Shown here piece by piece: positions 49,893-58,320 of a DNA stretch of 64,000 nucleotides. Each line of letters begins with the position of its first letter. The first letter of the stretch is position 1. This stretch comes from a virus. The DNA lies in the IMG/VR virus record IMGVR_UViG_3300019458_000005, positions 1 through 64,000 of that record. One strand, written 5' to 3'. The notes under the pieces are model-generated. The model saw only the letters and a list, made by a program, of their open reading frames with translations, made no database searches and was not told the DNA's origin. Both the position numbers and the translations under genes were made by a program.

Positions 49893-50875
49893 CCAAACAG
49901 AGAGACGTTCGTCCGGAGCTGCTCGAGCTCGAGCGGCACGTATCTTCGCGTTGGCCCGAACAGGTCCTGCTCGCAAGGCGCGGCCTGTGGGTGGTTCACA
50001 TCTACCCCCAGCAGTGGCTGGCCCTGATCGAGTCCGGCTCCCAGAACGCCGCCTCCAAAAAGAAGGCCTGGGAGCGCTGGAAGCGCCGCGTGCGCGATCT
50101 GGGTCTCGAGGCCAAGCCGCACGAGAGCCTCCAGCCCCCCGTGTTCGCGTTCTTGGTCGAGGCGCTGGGTCAGCCAGCTCAACACGAAGATATCGAGACC
50201 AGGTTCGAGAGGGTCGCCGACCGGTCCTACAAGCCCAAGGGAATCTCCAGACGCAAGGCTGGCCTGGCTGGCATGTCCGGCCACCCGATCCCAGCCTTCC
50301 AGGCGGCCATCAGACTCGAGGAGATCCGCGACTACCTGGGCCTGACCCAAGCGCGCATGGCCGAGCTCCTGGGGCTGACCACCAACGCCTACGCCAAGAT
50401 GATCTGCAACGGCCGGCTTGGACGAAACAAGACCGCCGACTCTGATCTACTGGAGCGCGCCGAGGAGCTCCTCGACGAGGTGGTGATCCAGCCCAAGTGG
50501 TCATCGACGCGCCTTCAGCGCATCACCCCCGAGATCCTTCACGCGGCTCTCGTGGCGTGCGACTGGAAGGTCCAACCAGCCACGGCTCTACTTGGCTACA
50601 AGAGCGACGATCCGATCAAGAAGCTGGCCATCGAGTACGGATTCGGTCCCATGCTGCGGAAGAAGTCACACGTGGCCTCTCGGATCTCCAAGGACGAGAT
50701 CCGCGCAGCCATGCGAGACGCCTCCTGGAGCATCACCAGGTGCGCCAAGCGCATGGGTATCTCGGCCAGCACGCTCCGGCGCGCGATCGTAGCTCACGGG
50801 ATGCAGGCCGAGCTCAAGCCGCACATGCGCTACTACAGCGGAAAGAAGCGCAGCTCGAGCTGGCTCGACGGCTAG
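49889..50875 (+). CDS. multi-HTH DNA-binding protein
   Basis: ATGA-coupled start. XRE-like IRDYLGLTQARMAELLGLTTNAYAKM, plus further HTH-like segments (QPATALLGYKSDDPIKKLA; ITRCAKRMGISASTLRRAI). Confidence 0.6.
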   Translation: MTKQRDVRPELLELERHVSSRWPEQVLLARRGLWVVHIYPQQWLALIESGSQNAASKKKAWERWKRRVRDLGLEAKPHESLQPPVFAFLVEALGQPAQHEDIETRFERVADRSYKPKGISRRKAGLAGMSGHPIPAFQAAIRLEEIRDYLGLTQARMAELLGLTTNAYAKMICNGRLGRNKTADSDLLERAEELLDEVVIQPKWSSTRLQRITPEILHAALVACDWKVQPATALLGYKSDDPIKKLAIEYGFGPMLRKKSHVASRISKDEIRAAMRDASWSITRCAKRMGISASTLRRAIVAHGMQAELKPHMRYYSGKKRSSSWLDG

Positions 50876-50902
50876 AGACCAAAACAGCTAGTATGCCCAG
50901 GC

Positions 50903-51148
50903 ATGCACCACCTGAAAAACGGCCTCCACGTGGAGCGCATCGAGACCCCCGAGGGTCCGAAGATCAGGTTCGTGCTCAAGGCGCTGTTCGAGACGGGCAC
51001 GGTCTTGTGCGAGATCTCGCTCAGAGAGTGGGCCACGGCCGTCGCCAATACCGCAGCTCGCGGCGAGTCGTTGACCTACCAGACGATCCTCGACGCGCTC
51101 ACCGAGCCGCTCCTTCCCAAGTGGCGACCAGGCGACGCAGGAGCGTGA
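50903..51148 (+). CDS. hypothetical protein (81 aa)
   Basis: ORF track. Contains a fourth CTGAAAAAC 9-mer (plus strand, 50912-50920). Confidence 0.45.
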   Translation: MHHLKNGLHVERIETPEGPKIRFVLKALFETGTVLCEISLREWATAVANTAARGESLTYQTILDALTEPLLPKWRPGDAGA

Positions 51149-51150
51149 AC

Positions 51151-52503
51151 ATGGCCAGACGACATCCCAAGAAGAACCCCCAGCTCCTGGCCGTGGTCGG
51201 CGCGGCCGGCCTGCTGGGGATTCCGAACCCGCCCCGCAAGCACCATCCGGCCTCCATGTGGCCGACACTTCGAGAGTCGATTGGCGCCCTGCACGCCAAG
51301 TGGAGCGGAGTTCCTGGCGCAGAGCCACAGCTCTCGCAGGCCCAGATGGAGAGCCTGATGCAGCACTTGGCGAGCTGCCGGTCCTGCGCCAAGAAGGCGG
51401 TCGCCAGCGGCATCCCTGAATACTCGATCCAGGCCTACCAGCGTCCCGCCTGGAAGACGAACCCATCCAGCGCTCGAGCTTGCGACCCCTGCAGGACCGG
51501 CAACCACGCGGCCTGTCACTCGGACATGGCCCCCGGGGCGTGCGGTTGTTGGTGCTGCGCGACCGGCACCCAGCGCTACGAGGGATCGGCGCCGGTGGTG
51601 CCCAGGAAGCAGCGCGTGTGGCTGCAGGGGAAGCGGAACCCGCTCAAGACCTGCGATCCGCACGCACGGCCCATCCAGCCGTCGGTCGCGCAGAAACTCC
51701 TGGGCAAGAAGGTGCGCGTCCACTTGAACCTCCACAACGGCTGCTACGTGATCAGCCTCCAGGGGAAGGTTGTCGGCTACACGCGCGCGCTGGGGCTCGC
51801 GAACGTGAGGAGCAAGGTCAGCAAGGCCGGACACCGTCGCTGTCGGGACGAGATGACCCGTAACGTCCACGCCCACCTCGAGGGCCATCTGATCGACGTG
51901 GGTGATCACCTGCTGAGCGAGTCACCTCCGCCGGGGTCTCGCGCGATCACCTACAACTGCCTCACCCATCCGCCGTGCTTCTTCTACCGCGACAGCGGCG
52001 AGTGCTTCGAAAGCGCGGCCGTGGCGTTCTTCGGTCCACGCGGGGTGGTCGTGGGCGGCGGTCGTGCGGAATCCAGGAGCAAGCGCCGAAACGCCCCCAC
52101 GAAGCCCTCGAAGCGCAACCTGGGCCCCATGCCCAAGGTGGTCGGCGAGGTCGACATCTCCGAGTTCGAGCGCATGTTCCCAGGTAGCGAGCTCCGCCAG
52201 GGCCAGGACCGCTACGGCCTCTGGCACGGCGAGGAGGCCGACGCCGGGATTGTGATCCGCCAGGACGACGGAAAGCCGGGCACGACCCGGAAGCTAGTCG
52301 TAGGCCTGGGCGCGACGCCCAAGACCACCTACCAGGTCCCATGGGACGGCACGACCAAGGAGGACCACGTGTGGGAGCACGAGCACCCACCCGGCAAGGA
52401 GCCACTCTTGGTTCTCGACCCGACCACCAACGTCGTCAGCCAGCTGCCTCGGAATCCCCGAGCGCGGATCGACGACTTCTTCCGCGATCCGGGGCACGAC
52501 TGA
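51151..52503 (+). CDS. Cys-rich hypothetical protein (450 aa)
   Basis: ATG 51151. MARRHPKKNPQ.., CRSC..CDPC..HAAC..CGCWCC cluster. Several (K/R)NP motifs. Confidence 0.6.
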   Translation: MARRHPKKNPQLLAVVGAAGLLGIPNPPRKHHPASMWPTLRESIGALHAKWSGVPGAEPQLSQAQMESLMQHLASCRSCAKKAVASGIPEYSIQAYQRPAWKTNPSSARACDPCRTGNHAACHSDMAPGACGCWCCATGTQRYEGSAPVVPRKQRVWLQGKRNPLKTCDPHARPIQPSVAQKLLGKKVRVHLNLHNGCYVISLQGKVVGYTRALGLANVRSKVSKAGHRRCRDEMTRNVHAHLEGHLIDVGDHLLSESPPPGSRAITYNCLTHPPCFFYRDSGECFESAAVAFFGPRGVVVGGGRAESRSKRRNAPTKPSKRNLGPMPKVVGEVDISEFERMFPGSELRQGQDRYGLWHGEEADAGIVIRQDDGKPGTTRKLVVGLGATPKTTYQVPWDGTTKEDHVWEHEHPPGKEPLLVLDPTTNVVSQLPRNPRARIDDFFRDPGHD

Positions 52504-52940
52504 TGAACCGCCGCAACGCCGAAAGCTCCGACGCTCGAAGACGGCGCGCTTCACGCGGCCGCCGTCAGACCGGTTCGCGCGAGGACGCGGAGCGCGAGTA
52601 CCTCGAGCTACTGAGGCAAGGCAGGCCTCCGGACTTCACAGAGCGCGCACGGCAGGTCATCGAGGAAGGCTGGAACGGCCAAGACTGGCGCTCAGCAAAC
52701 TGGCAAGAAAACAGTGGAGATATCCCATCTGAGAGATTCCTGGTAATCACCAGCGCAGTCGACTACGACGCCGAACACTGGTTCAACGGCGCGAACACCC
52801 TCGCTGAAGCAGCGCACTTCTTGATTGACGCTCTTCACTCCGAGTACCCTGACATGGTGAGTTACGTCATCGACCTGATGTTCATGGAAGAGGTGCCGGC
52901 CCGCTACCGCGCCGAGGTCGGCGGGATCCTGTCTCCGTGA
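52503..52940 (+). CDS. hypothetical protein, leader-family member (145 aa)
   Basis: TGATG-coupled start. MNRRNAESSDARRRRASRG..EREYLELLRQGRPP. Tandem paralogue of the next gene. Confidence 0.6.
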   Translation: MNRRNAESSDARRRRASRGRRQTGSREDAEREYLELLRQGRPPDFTERARQVIEEGWNGQDWRSANWQENSGDIPSERFLVITSAVDYDAEHWFNGANTLAEAAHFLIDALHSEYPDMVSYVIDLMFMEEVPARYRAEVGGILSP

Positions 52941-53434
52941 GACATCGAAACGCCAGCTCGGATGACCGTGCGCGCCGAGCTGAGCGCTACGCTCGAGGAG
53001 GGGACCGCGCCCAGTTCGAGGTGCATTACCAGGAACTTCTCCGGCAGGGTCGGGCGCCGTACTACAACGCCCAGGTGGCCGAGCTCCTGAACTCGGAGTT
53101 CAATCTGCCGTTCGTGCCGGAGTGGATCCGAGATCTAGACCTGTCTGAGTTCATTCAGGCCGAGGTGGTTGGGCCAGGAGAGCTGGGCGGCGTATGGTTC
53201 CGCTACCTGGTGGTCGTGTGCGGCGTAGTCCACAGCTCGGCTGATGCGTGGCTGACCAGCGGCAAGACGCTCAAGGAAGCCGCAGAGCAGTGCCTGATCC
53301 AGCTGCGCGGCGACATCGATCTTCCTTGGCAACCGGTCCTGGTGATCGACCTGGCGTTCATGGAGCCAGTCCCGTTCGACATCGGGATCAGCGTAGGAGG
53401 CGAACAGGCCTGGCAGAGCGAATGGGATCGCTGA
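52937..53434 (+). CDS. hypothetical protein, leader-family member (165 aa)
   Basis: GTGA-coupled start. MRHRNASSDDRARRAERY..VHYQELLRQGRAP. The C-terminal ..LKEAAEQCLIQL..VLVIDLAFMEPVP parallels ..LAEAAHFLIDAL..SYVIDLMFMEEVP in the previous protein. Confidence 0.6.
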   Translation: MRHRNASSDDRARRAERYARGGDRAQFEVHYQELLRQGRAPYYNAQVAELLNSEFNLPFVPEWIRDLDLSEFIQAEVVGPGELGGVWFRYLVVVCGVVHSSADAWLTSGKTLKEAAEQCLIQLRGDIDLPWQPVLVIDLAFMEPVPFDIGISVGGEQAWQSEWDR

Positions 53435-53595
53435 CCACGATCCCCCTTGCCAACTCGCCACCTGAAAGGCTAGCCTAATCCTTCGTCGATAGCCCTTGCG
53501 CCCGCAGGCCAGTCATCCGGCCCCACGCGCTCCGAGGCTCAGCTAGATCCGGCCGTCTCCTAGACCGCCTGTGATCGCGAGCTCGGAGACGCAAC

Positions 53596-54888
53596 ATGAT
53601 CGAGTGGTGGGCGCTCGCGAACCCCCCGCGCCGGAGTCGGCGCCGTCGTCGCCGCTCGAATCCGCTCCCCGCAGGCTGGGGCGGAACCAAGAAGCCCAAG
53701 AAGGCCAAGAAGCGCTCCGGCAAGTCGGCCGCCAAGGCCCGCGCTGCTCAGCAGCAGCGCGACCGCGAGTCGCGCGCCAAGAACCTGCTCTCGGCCTGGA
53801 ATCGCGCTTCGAAGAAGAAGAAGCGCAAGAAGAGCAAGGCGACCAAGAAGTCCAAGAAGAAGTCGGCGCGTAAGGTCGCGCCGAAGCGCAAGAAGAAGGC
53901 CGCGCGTTCGCGCCGCGGCGCTCAAGGAGGGCCCGTGGCCAAGAAGAAGCGGAAGAAGTCCGGCAAGAGGAAGAGCTCCAAGCGCTCGGCCGCCGCCCGC
54001 AAGGGCGCGCGTACCAAGGCGCGCAACAAGGCTAAGCGGAAGGCCGCCGCCAAGAAGGCCGCCCGCAGCCGCGGGAAGAGCGGCGGGGGAGTGCGCAAGG
54101 CCGCGCGTCGTCGCGGCCGGAAGCGCCCGGCTCGCGCCAAGGTCCGGAAGACCCGAGGCGGGAAGGGCCGCATCGTCTACGCCAAGGGCAAGCGCCTGCG
54201 CTGGCGCCGCACCGGCCGCCACTCAGGTCGTCTCGTGATCCGCGGAAATCCGGGCGGGTCAGGCGGGATCCAGGGGAACCTCAAGGCCCTCCTCAAGCCC
54301 GAGCTGTACATCGACGCGGCCCAGGTCGCGCTCGGGCTCGGTGGAGCGCTGGCGCTCCCGGCGCTCCTCGCCCAGAAGATGGGCAAGCCGATGCTCAACC
54401 GCGGCCTCGTGGGCGTGGCGGCGACCGCCGTCTCGTCCGCGGTTCTCGCGGCGGCCGCGGCCGCGGCCGGACAGCGCGCGCTCTCCGGTCGCCTGTTCGC
54501 CGGTGGCGTGCTCGCGGCGGTTGTCAAGCTCGCCGTGCAGGTCATCCCGCCGTCGCTCCTCCAGAAGATCCTCCCGCTCAACGAGCTCAACCGCGGCGCG
54601 ATCGCTGCGGCTCCGGCCGCGAGCGGTGCGGTCAACGGGATGGGCTACTACGGGAGCGGCGTGGGCAACCTCGTGCCCTACTCCGCGATCAACGGCATGG
54701 CCGACCTGCTCACGCCCGAGCAGATGATCGCAGGCGAGGCGTTCTACGGGCGCATGAACGGCATGGGTCGCACCGGCGACTACCTGCAGCTGGGCATGGG
54801 GGACTACCTCCAGTTCGGCCAGGCGGCCAACGTGCCCCAGTTCACGTCCGTGCTCGACAGCTTCAACCCCGGGGGTGAGGCCTTCTAG
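53596..54888 (+). CDS. H1/protamine-like Lys/Arg-rich domain fused to a multi-helix hydrophobic domain
   Basis: GGAGA upstream of ATG. About 200 aa of KKPKKAKKRSGKSAAKARAA..KKKKRKKSKATKKSKKKSARK..RRRGRKRPARAKVRK. Then hydrophobic helices (AQVALGLGGALALPALLA; GLVGVAATAVSSAVLAAAAAAAG; LFAGGVLAAVVKLAVQVI). Confidence 0.7.
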   Translation: MIEWWALANPPRRSRRRRRRSNPLPAGWGGTKKPKKAKKRSGKSAAKARAAQQQRDRESRAKNLLSAWNRASKKKKRKKSKATKKSKKKSARKVAPKRKKKAARSRRGAQGGPVAKKKRKKSGKRKSSKRSAAARKGARTKARNKAKRKAAAKKAARSRGKSGGGVRKAARRRGRKRPARAKVRKTRGGKGRIVYAKGKRLRWRRTGRHSGRLVIRGNPGGSGGIQGNLKALLKPELYIDAAQVALGLGGALALPALLAQKMGKPMLNRGLVGVAATAVSSAVLAAAAAAAGQRALSGRLFAGGVLAAVVKLAVQVIPPSLLQKILPLNELNRGAIAAAPAASGAVNGMGYYGSGVGNLVPYSAINGMADLLTPEQMIAGEAFYGRMNGMGRTGDYLQLGMGDYLQFGQAANVPQFTSVLDSFNPGGEAF

Positions 54889-54971
54889 CTCGAGAGGGCC
54901 GGCCCGAGTGCGTTCCGGCCCGCATCCAACCAGCGCTGATCTCGGTCAGAGCTGGGTGGTCTCCAGAGCCT

Positions 54972-55006
54972 CCCCCGAGGACACGGATGGTCCGGGTCCT
55001 CGGGGG
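54972..55006 (+). terminator. hairpin downstream of the Lys-rich protein gene
   Basis: CCCCCGAGGAC-13 nt-GTCCTCGGGGG: 11-bp perfect stem. Confidence 0.4.
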
Positions 55007-55135
55007 GCAAAGGCTCCGGCGACATGACAGCGCGAGAGGGATCTGGCAGCGAGGCGCTCCGCCCCTGACCGGAACAGCGACCCGGCGCAATCCACAGTGG
55101 CTCACCCGATGAGGGAAGCCCAAGGAAAGAACAGC

Positions 55136-55801
55136 ATGGGTCCTCAAGGCATGCCGGTCGTCGCGCTGCCCACTCCCGGAGTGGTCGGCGGGCGTCCTCG
55201 CAAGCAGCCTCTCGTCGACACCGAGGTGATCGGTGGGACGGCGGCTGTCCCGGCGGAGATCAACATCTACGCCAACTTCAGCCAGTTCCGCATCGCGCCC
55301 ATCGTCAACACGAACATCACCCAGACGAAGCAGTACGGGCGCGATACGAACCTGAAGAGCTCCGGCGGCGGCACCTTGCCGCAGTCGTCGTTCTTCTACT
55401 GGTACAAGAGCCGGATCGTCCTCAAGACGTACCTCACCGCGCTCAACACCAGCGGGAACTGCGTCGCGTACGAGGAGATCCAGCGCCTCAGGTTCCTGGG
55501 CGCCTGGTTCTTCAACTTCCAGCAGACCGAGCTGGTCGTGATGCCGCTCGACGAGCTCCCCTCGGGCGTCGGCTCGGCCGCCGGCTCGACCAGCTCGATC
55601 AACAACATCAACGCCCCGAGCCTCACCTGGGGCCCGTGGGACGGTCGTGACATGACCGTCTCGGGTCGCCCGGTTGGCATCGAGGCGCTGCAGCAGTTCA
55701 ACGTGAACATCAAGTGGCCGCAGACCACCGGCTTCACGCCGACCCTCGACTACTTCATCTCGTCGCGTCTCGACGGCCTGCTGCTCCTGGGCATCAGCTA
55801 G
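55136..55801 (+). CDS. beta-rich structural protein (221 aa); candidate single jelly-roll capsid/penton protein
   Basis: AAGGAAAG upstream of ATG 55136. No helix-rich or low-complexity regions. Followed by the strongest hairpin in the window. Confidence 0.5.
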   Translation: MGPQGMPVVALPTPGVVGGRPRKQPLVDTEVIGGTAAVPAEINIYANFSQFRIAPIVNTNITQTKQYGRDTNLKSSGGGTLPQSSFFYWYKSRIVLKTYLTALNTSGNCVAYEEIQRLRFLGAWFFNFQQTELVVMPLDELPSGVGSAAGSTSSINNINAPSLTWGPWDGRDMTVSGRPVGIEALQQFNVNIKWPQTTGFTPTLDYFISSRLDGLLLLGIS

Positions 55802-55838
55802 TCGACCTACCCGACCGCGTAGTTCCGCTCGTTCCTCT

Positions 55839-55868
55839 CAGCGGCCCTGGATCACTCCAGGGCCGCTG
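55839..55868 (+). terminator. strong hairpin terminator after the 221-aa structural gene
   Basis: CAGCGGCCCTGGA-tcac-TCCAGGGCCGCTG: 13-bp perfect stem, 4-nt loop. Confidence 0.6.
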
Positions 55869-56022
55869 GTCTGTACGCGCTTCCCCGCCCGCGCTCGACC
55901 TGCTAGGCTGTTCCGTAGCCCGAAGCGCCCCAAGGCTTACCAGCCCACACGCGCTTCCTCGAGGCCTCACCCGCAGCCGGAGCTCCACAGGACCTCTCGC
56001 TCGAGCGCGGAGAGGTCTTCCC

Positions 56023-57084
56023 GTGCAGGCTCAGCTCCACGTCGGCGAAAACGCCTGGAACCCCTACGCGAACGTGCCCTTGCTTATGCGCGGGCCCGAT
56101 CCGCGCACCGGCAAACAGAAGACCTACGTCAACCGCGGCAAGTACTCGCAGAAGTTCTGCGAGTTCACCACGCAGACCTACCCGATCACGGTGCCCGCCA
56201 ACGCGCGGAACCGGACCTCGATCGTGCCTCAGGCAGACCAGGGCGGCGCGGGCGACGTCGAGTTCTACCAGTGGTGGTCGGCCTCGACCGGGCAGTACGC
56301 GGTGATGCTCACGAACCTGGCCATGGGCGGGATCAAGCTCATGAACCAGCCGGTCGAGAGCTCGCTGATCTTCGGCAACGGCCCCCAGCTCCCCGGAAAG
56401 CTCCTCCAGCCGGTGTTCGTGGCCGCGACCGACGCGCTCGACGTCGAGCTCACCGACCTCTCGGGCCTCTCGAACGACGTGCGCCTGGTCGCGCATGGCT
56501 GCCAGATCGTCGACCCCATGAACACCCTGGGCGTCACCCAGCAGCAGGTTCGGGCCGCGATGTACAACCCGAACGTCGTCCCCTACTGGCTCACGTTCGA
56601 CTCGGGCTCGCAGGTGACCGTGGCCGGTAGCGCCTCGGGCACCGAGTTCACGATGACCATCCCCTCGAACGGCGACTTCAACAGCTGGTCGCTCGTGGGC
56701 CGAACCACCGCGCCCACCGCTCTCACGGTCGAGATCTTCGAGGGAAACCGCCGCAGGTTGATGAACGGCCCGATCCGCTTCGACCAGTGCATGTCGACCA
56801 CCGGCCAGACGGCCTCGCTGAACGCGGCCTCGATCCCGTTCGTGTGGAACTTCTCGCACACGTTCGAGCGAAAGACCCAGCTCGTGTTCCGCTTCACCGA
56901 CACCAGCGCCTCGCCCCAGGTGATCTCCTGCGCGCTATGGGGACAGATCGTCTACTACGATCAGAGCCCGCCCTCGCTCACTGCGATCAACAGCCTGCGC
57001 GGAGTAGCACAGGCCATGGCGCCGGCTTACGCGGCGCCGTCCGGCCAGATGGTCGGCATGCGCGGCCTCCGGGGCCGGCGGTAA
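56023..57084 (+). CDS. beta-rich structural protein (353 aa) with internal tandem duplication; candidate double jelly-roll major capsid protein
   Basis: GAGAGG 7 nt upstream of GTG 56023. The two halves share IKLMNQPV..(L)TDLSG..GCQIV and RRLMNGPI..(F)TDTSA..GQIVY at similar spacing. Confidence 0.45.
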   Translation: MQAQLHVGENAWNPYANVPLLMRGPDPRTGKQKTYVNRGKYSQKFCEFTTQTYPITVPANARNRTSIVPQADQGGAGDVEFYQWWSASTGQYAVMLTNLAMGGIKLMNQPVESSLIFGNGPQLPGKLLQPVFVAATDALDVELTDLSGLSNDVRLVAHGCQIVDPMNTLGVTQQQVRAAMYNPNVVPYWLTFDSGSQVTVAGSASGTEFTMTIPSNGDFNSWSLVGRTTAPTALTVEIFEGNRRRLMNGPIRFDQCMSTTGQTASLNAASIPFVWNFSHTFERKTQLVFRFTDTSASPQVISCALWGQIVYYDQSPPSLTAINSLRGVAQAMAPAYAAPSGQMVGMRGLRGRR

Positions 57085-57093
57085 GAGGCCACC

Positions 57094-58317
57094 GTGCTCA
57101 ACCACCGCGTCTCGCCGCCAGTGCCGTTCCACCTGCTTCCGCCCCACATCCAGGCGGCGATCGCGGCTCGCGCTCAGCGCGTGAACGGTCCGTCCGGTCC
57201 TCCCGGCGGAGGCACAGCTCCGGGAGGTATGGCTGGCCTGGGGAACTTCGGCATCGCTGGCTCGCCTGAGCCATGGTCCCTGCCTCCCTACGCTCAGCGC
57301 CTTCCGCTGGTCGCTCGAGCCGGCCAGCTGGGACAGGCCGGCGCGGCCCCGGAGCTCCTTCCGGCCGGCCCGGACGCGGCCAACCTCCAGGCCGCCGATC
57401 CGGTTGGCCCCGCGAACCCTTGGGCCGGGACGCCGCTCGAGGACCTGCCGCTCCTTGAGGCGCTGAAGCTCGCGTCGCGTCAACTGGTGTGGATCCAGCA
57501 CCCGTCGCCGATCGACAGCAAGCCGCTCCTGGGCACGCGCGAGCAGTACACCGAGACGGCCGTGATCGCCCCGCCCACCGACATCGCTTCCGCTGGCGCG
57601 ACCGCTGGAGCTCAGGCCTTGGCCGATGGCTACAGCTCGAGCTCGGGAGAGGTGACCGCGGTTCTCACGCCAGCCAACGCCGCCGACTTCGAGACGATAT
57701 TCCAGTTCACTGTCCCTCCGGGGCGCGCGTTCCTGGTGTGGTCGGTGGCCGGCGAGTGCCACGACTACCTGGGCATGGCGAACGTGATCAAGTTCCGGGT
57801 CCGGGTGGGCACGACCCTGATCGTCCCCGAGACGCAGCTGGGCTTGATCGGCGCGCCCTCGAACCAGCTCGTCGTGCAGGAGATGGCCTACGAGAACCAG
57901 ACGGTGTTCTTCGAGGGCCGAAACCTCGACGGCGAGTCCGGCACGCTCGTGACCGCTTACCTCCTGGGCTGGAGCTTCCCACTCAAGGGCACCGGCCTCG
58001 ACTGGGGCGACCTCTCGAGCAGCGGCAGCTCGACCTGGGGCGAGCGCGAGGGACCCGAGGCCATGGACCCCGGCGAGCCGGTTCGGATCCCGCTCTCGCA
58101 GGCTGCGCCAGGGAACCCACGCTACGGCGGCCTCCCGGTGTGGACTCACCCGCTCAACGGCGAGGCCGTATGGGCGCCGGTCCAAGGCATCCCTGGCCTC
58201 TCCGACCCGCGTTGGGCGGGTTACCGCATGACCTGGACCGGGACCATGTTCGTGGTCGATCAGCACAGCCAGCCGCTGCCTGGGTTCGACCTGGCCACGA
58301 TGACGATCTACGGGTAG
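57094..58317 (+). CDS. structural protein (407 aa): Gly/Pro/Ala-rich N-terminus plus beta-sandwich-like C-terminal domain
   Basis: AAGAGG upstream of the GTG. FQFTVPPGRAFLVWSVAG..VIKFRVRVG..NQTVFFEGRNLDGESGTLVTAYLLGWSFP. Confidence 0.55.
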   Translation: MLNHRVSPPVPFHLLPPHIQAAIAARAQRVNGPSGPPGGGTAPGGMAGLGNFGIAGSPEPWSLPPYAQRLPLVARAGQLGQAGAAPELLPAGPDAANLQAADPVGPANPWAGTPLEDLPLLEALKLASRQLVWIQHPSPIDSKPLLGTREQYTETAVIAPPTDIASAGATAGAQALADGYSSSSGEVTAVLTPANAADFETIFQFTVPPGRAFLVWSVAGECHDYLGMANVIKFRVRVGTTLIVPETQLGLIGAPSNQLVVQEMAYENQTVFFEGRNLDGESGTLVTAYLLGWSFPLKGTGLDWGDLSSSGSSTWGEREGPEAMDPGEPVRIPLSQAAPGNPRYGGLPVWTHPLNGEAVWAPVQGIPGLSDPRWAGYRMTWTGTMFVVDQHSQPLPGFDLATMTIYG

Positions 58318-58320
58318 CTC

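Noticed and set aside
41200-53700. The frequent (K/R)-N-P motifs as viral 2A-like ribosome-skipping sites.
   Set aside because: 2A requires D(V/I)ExNPGP. None of the copies has NPGP or the upstream context, and the mechanism is eukaryotic.
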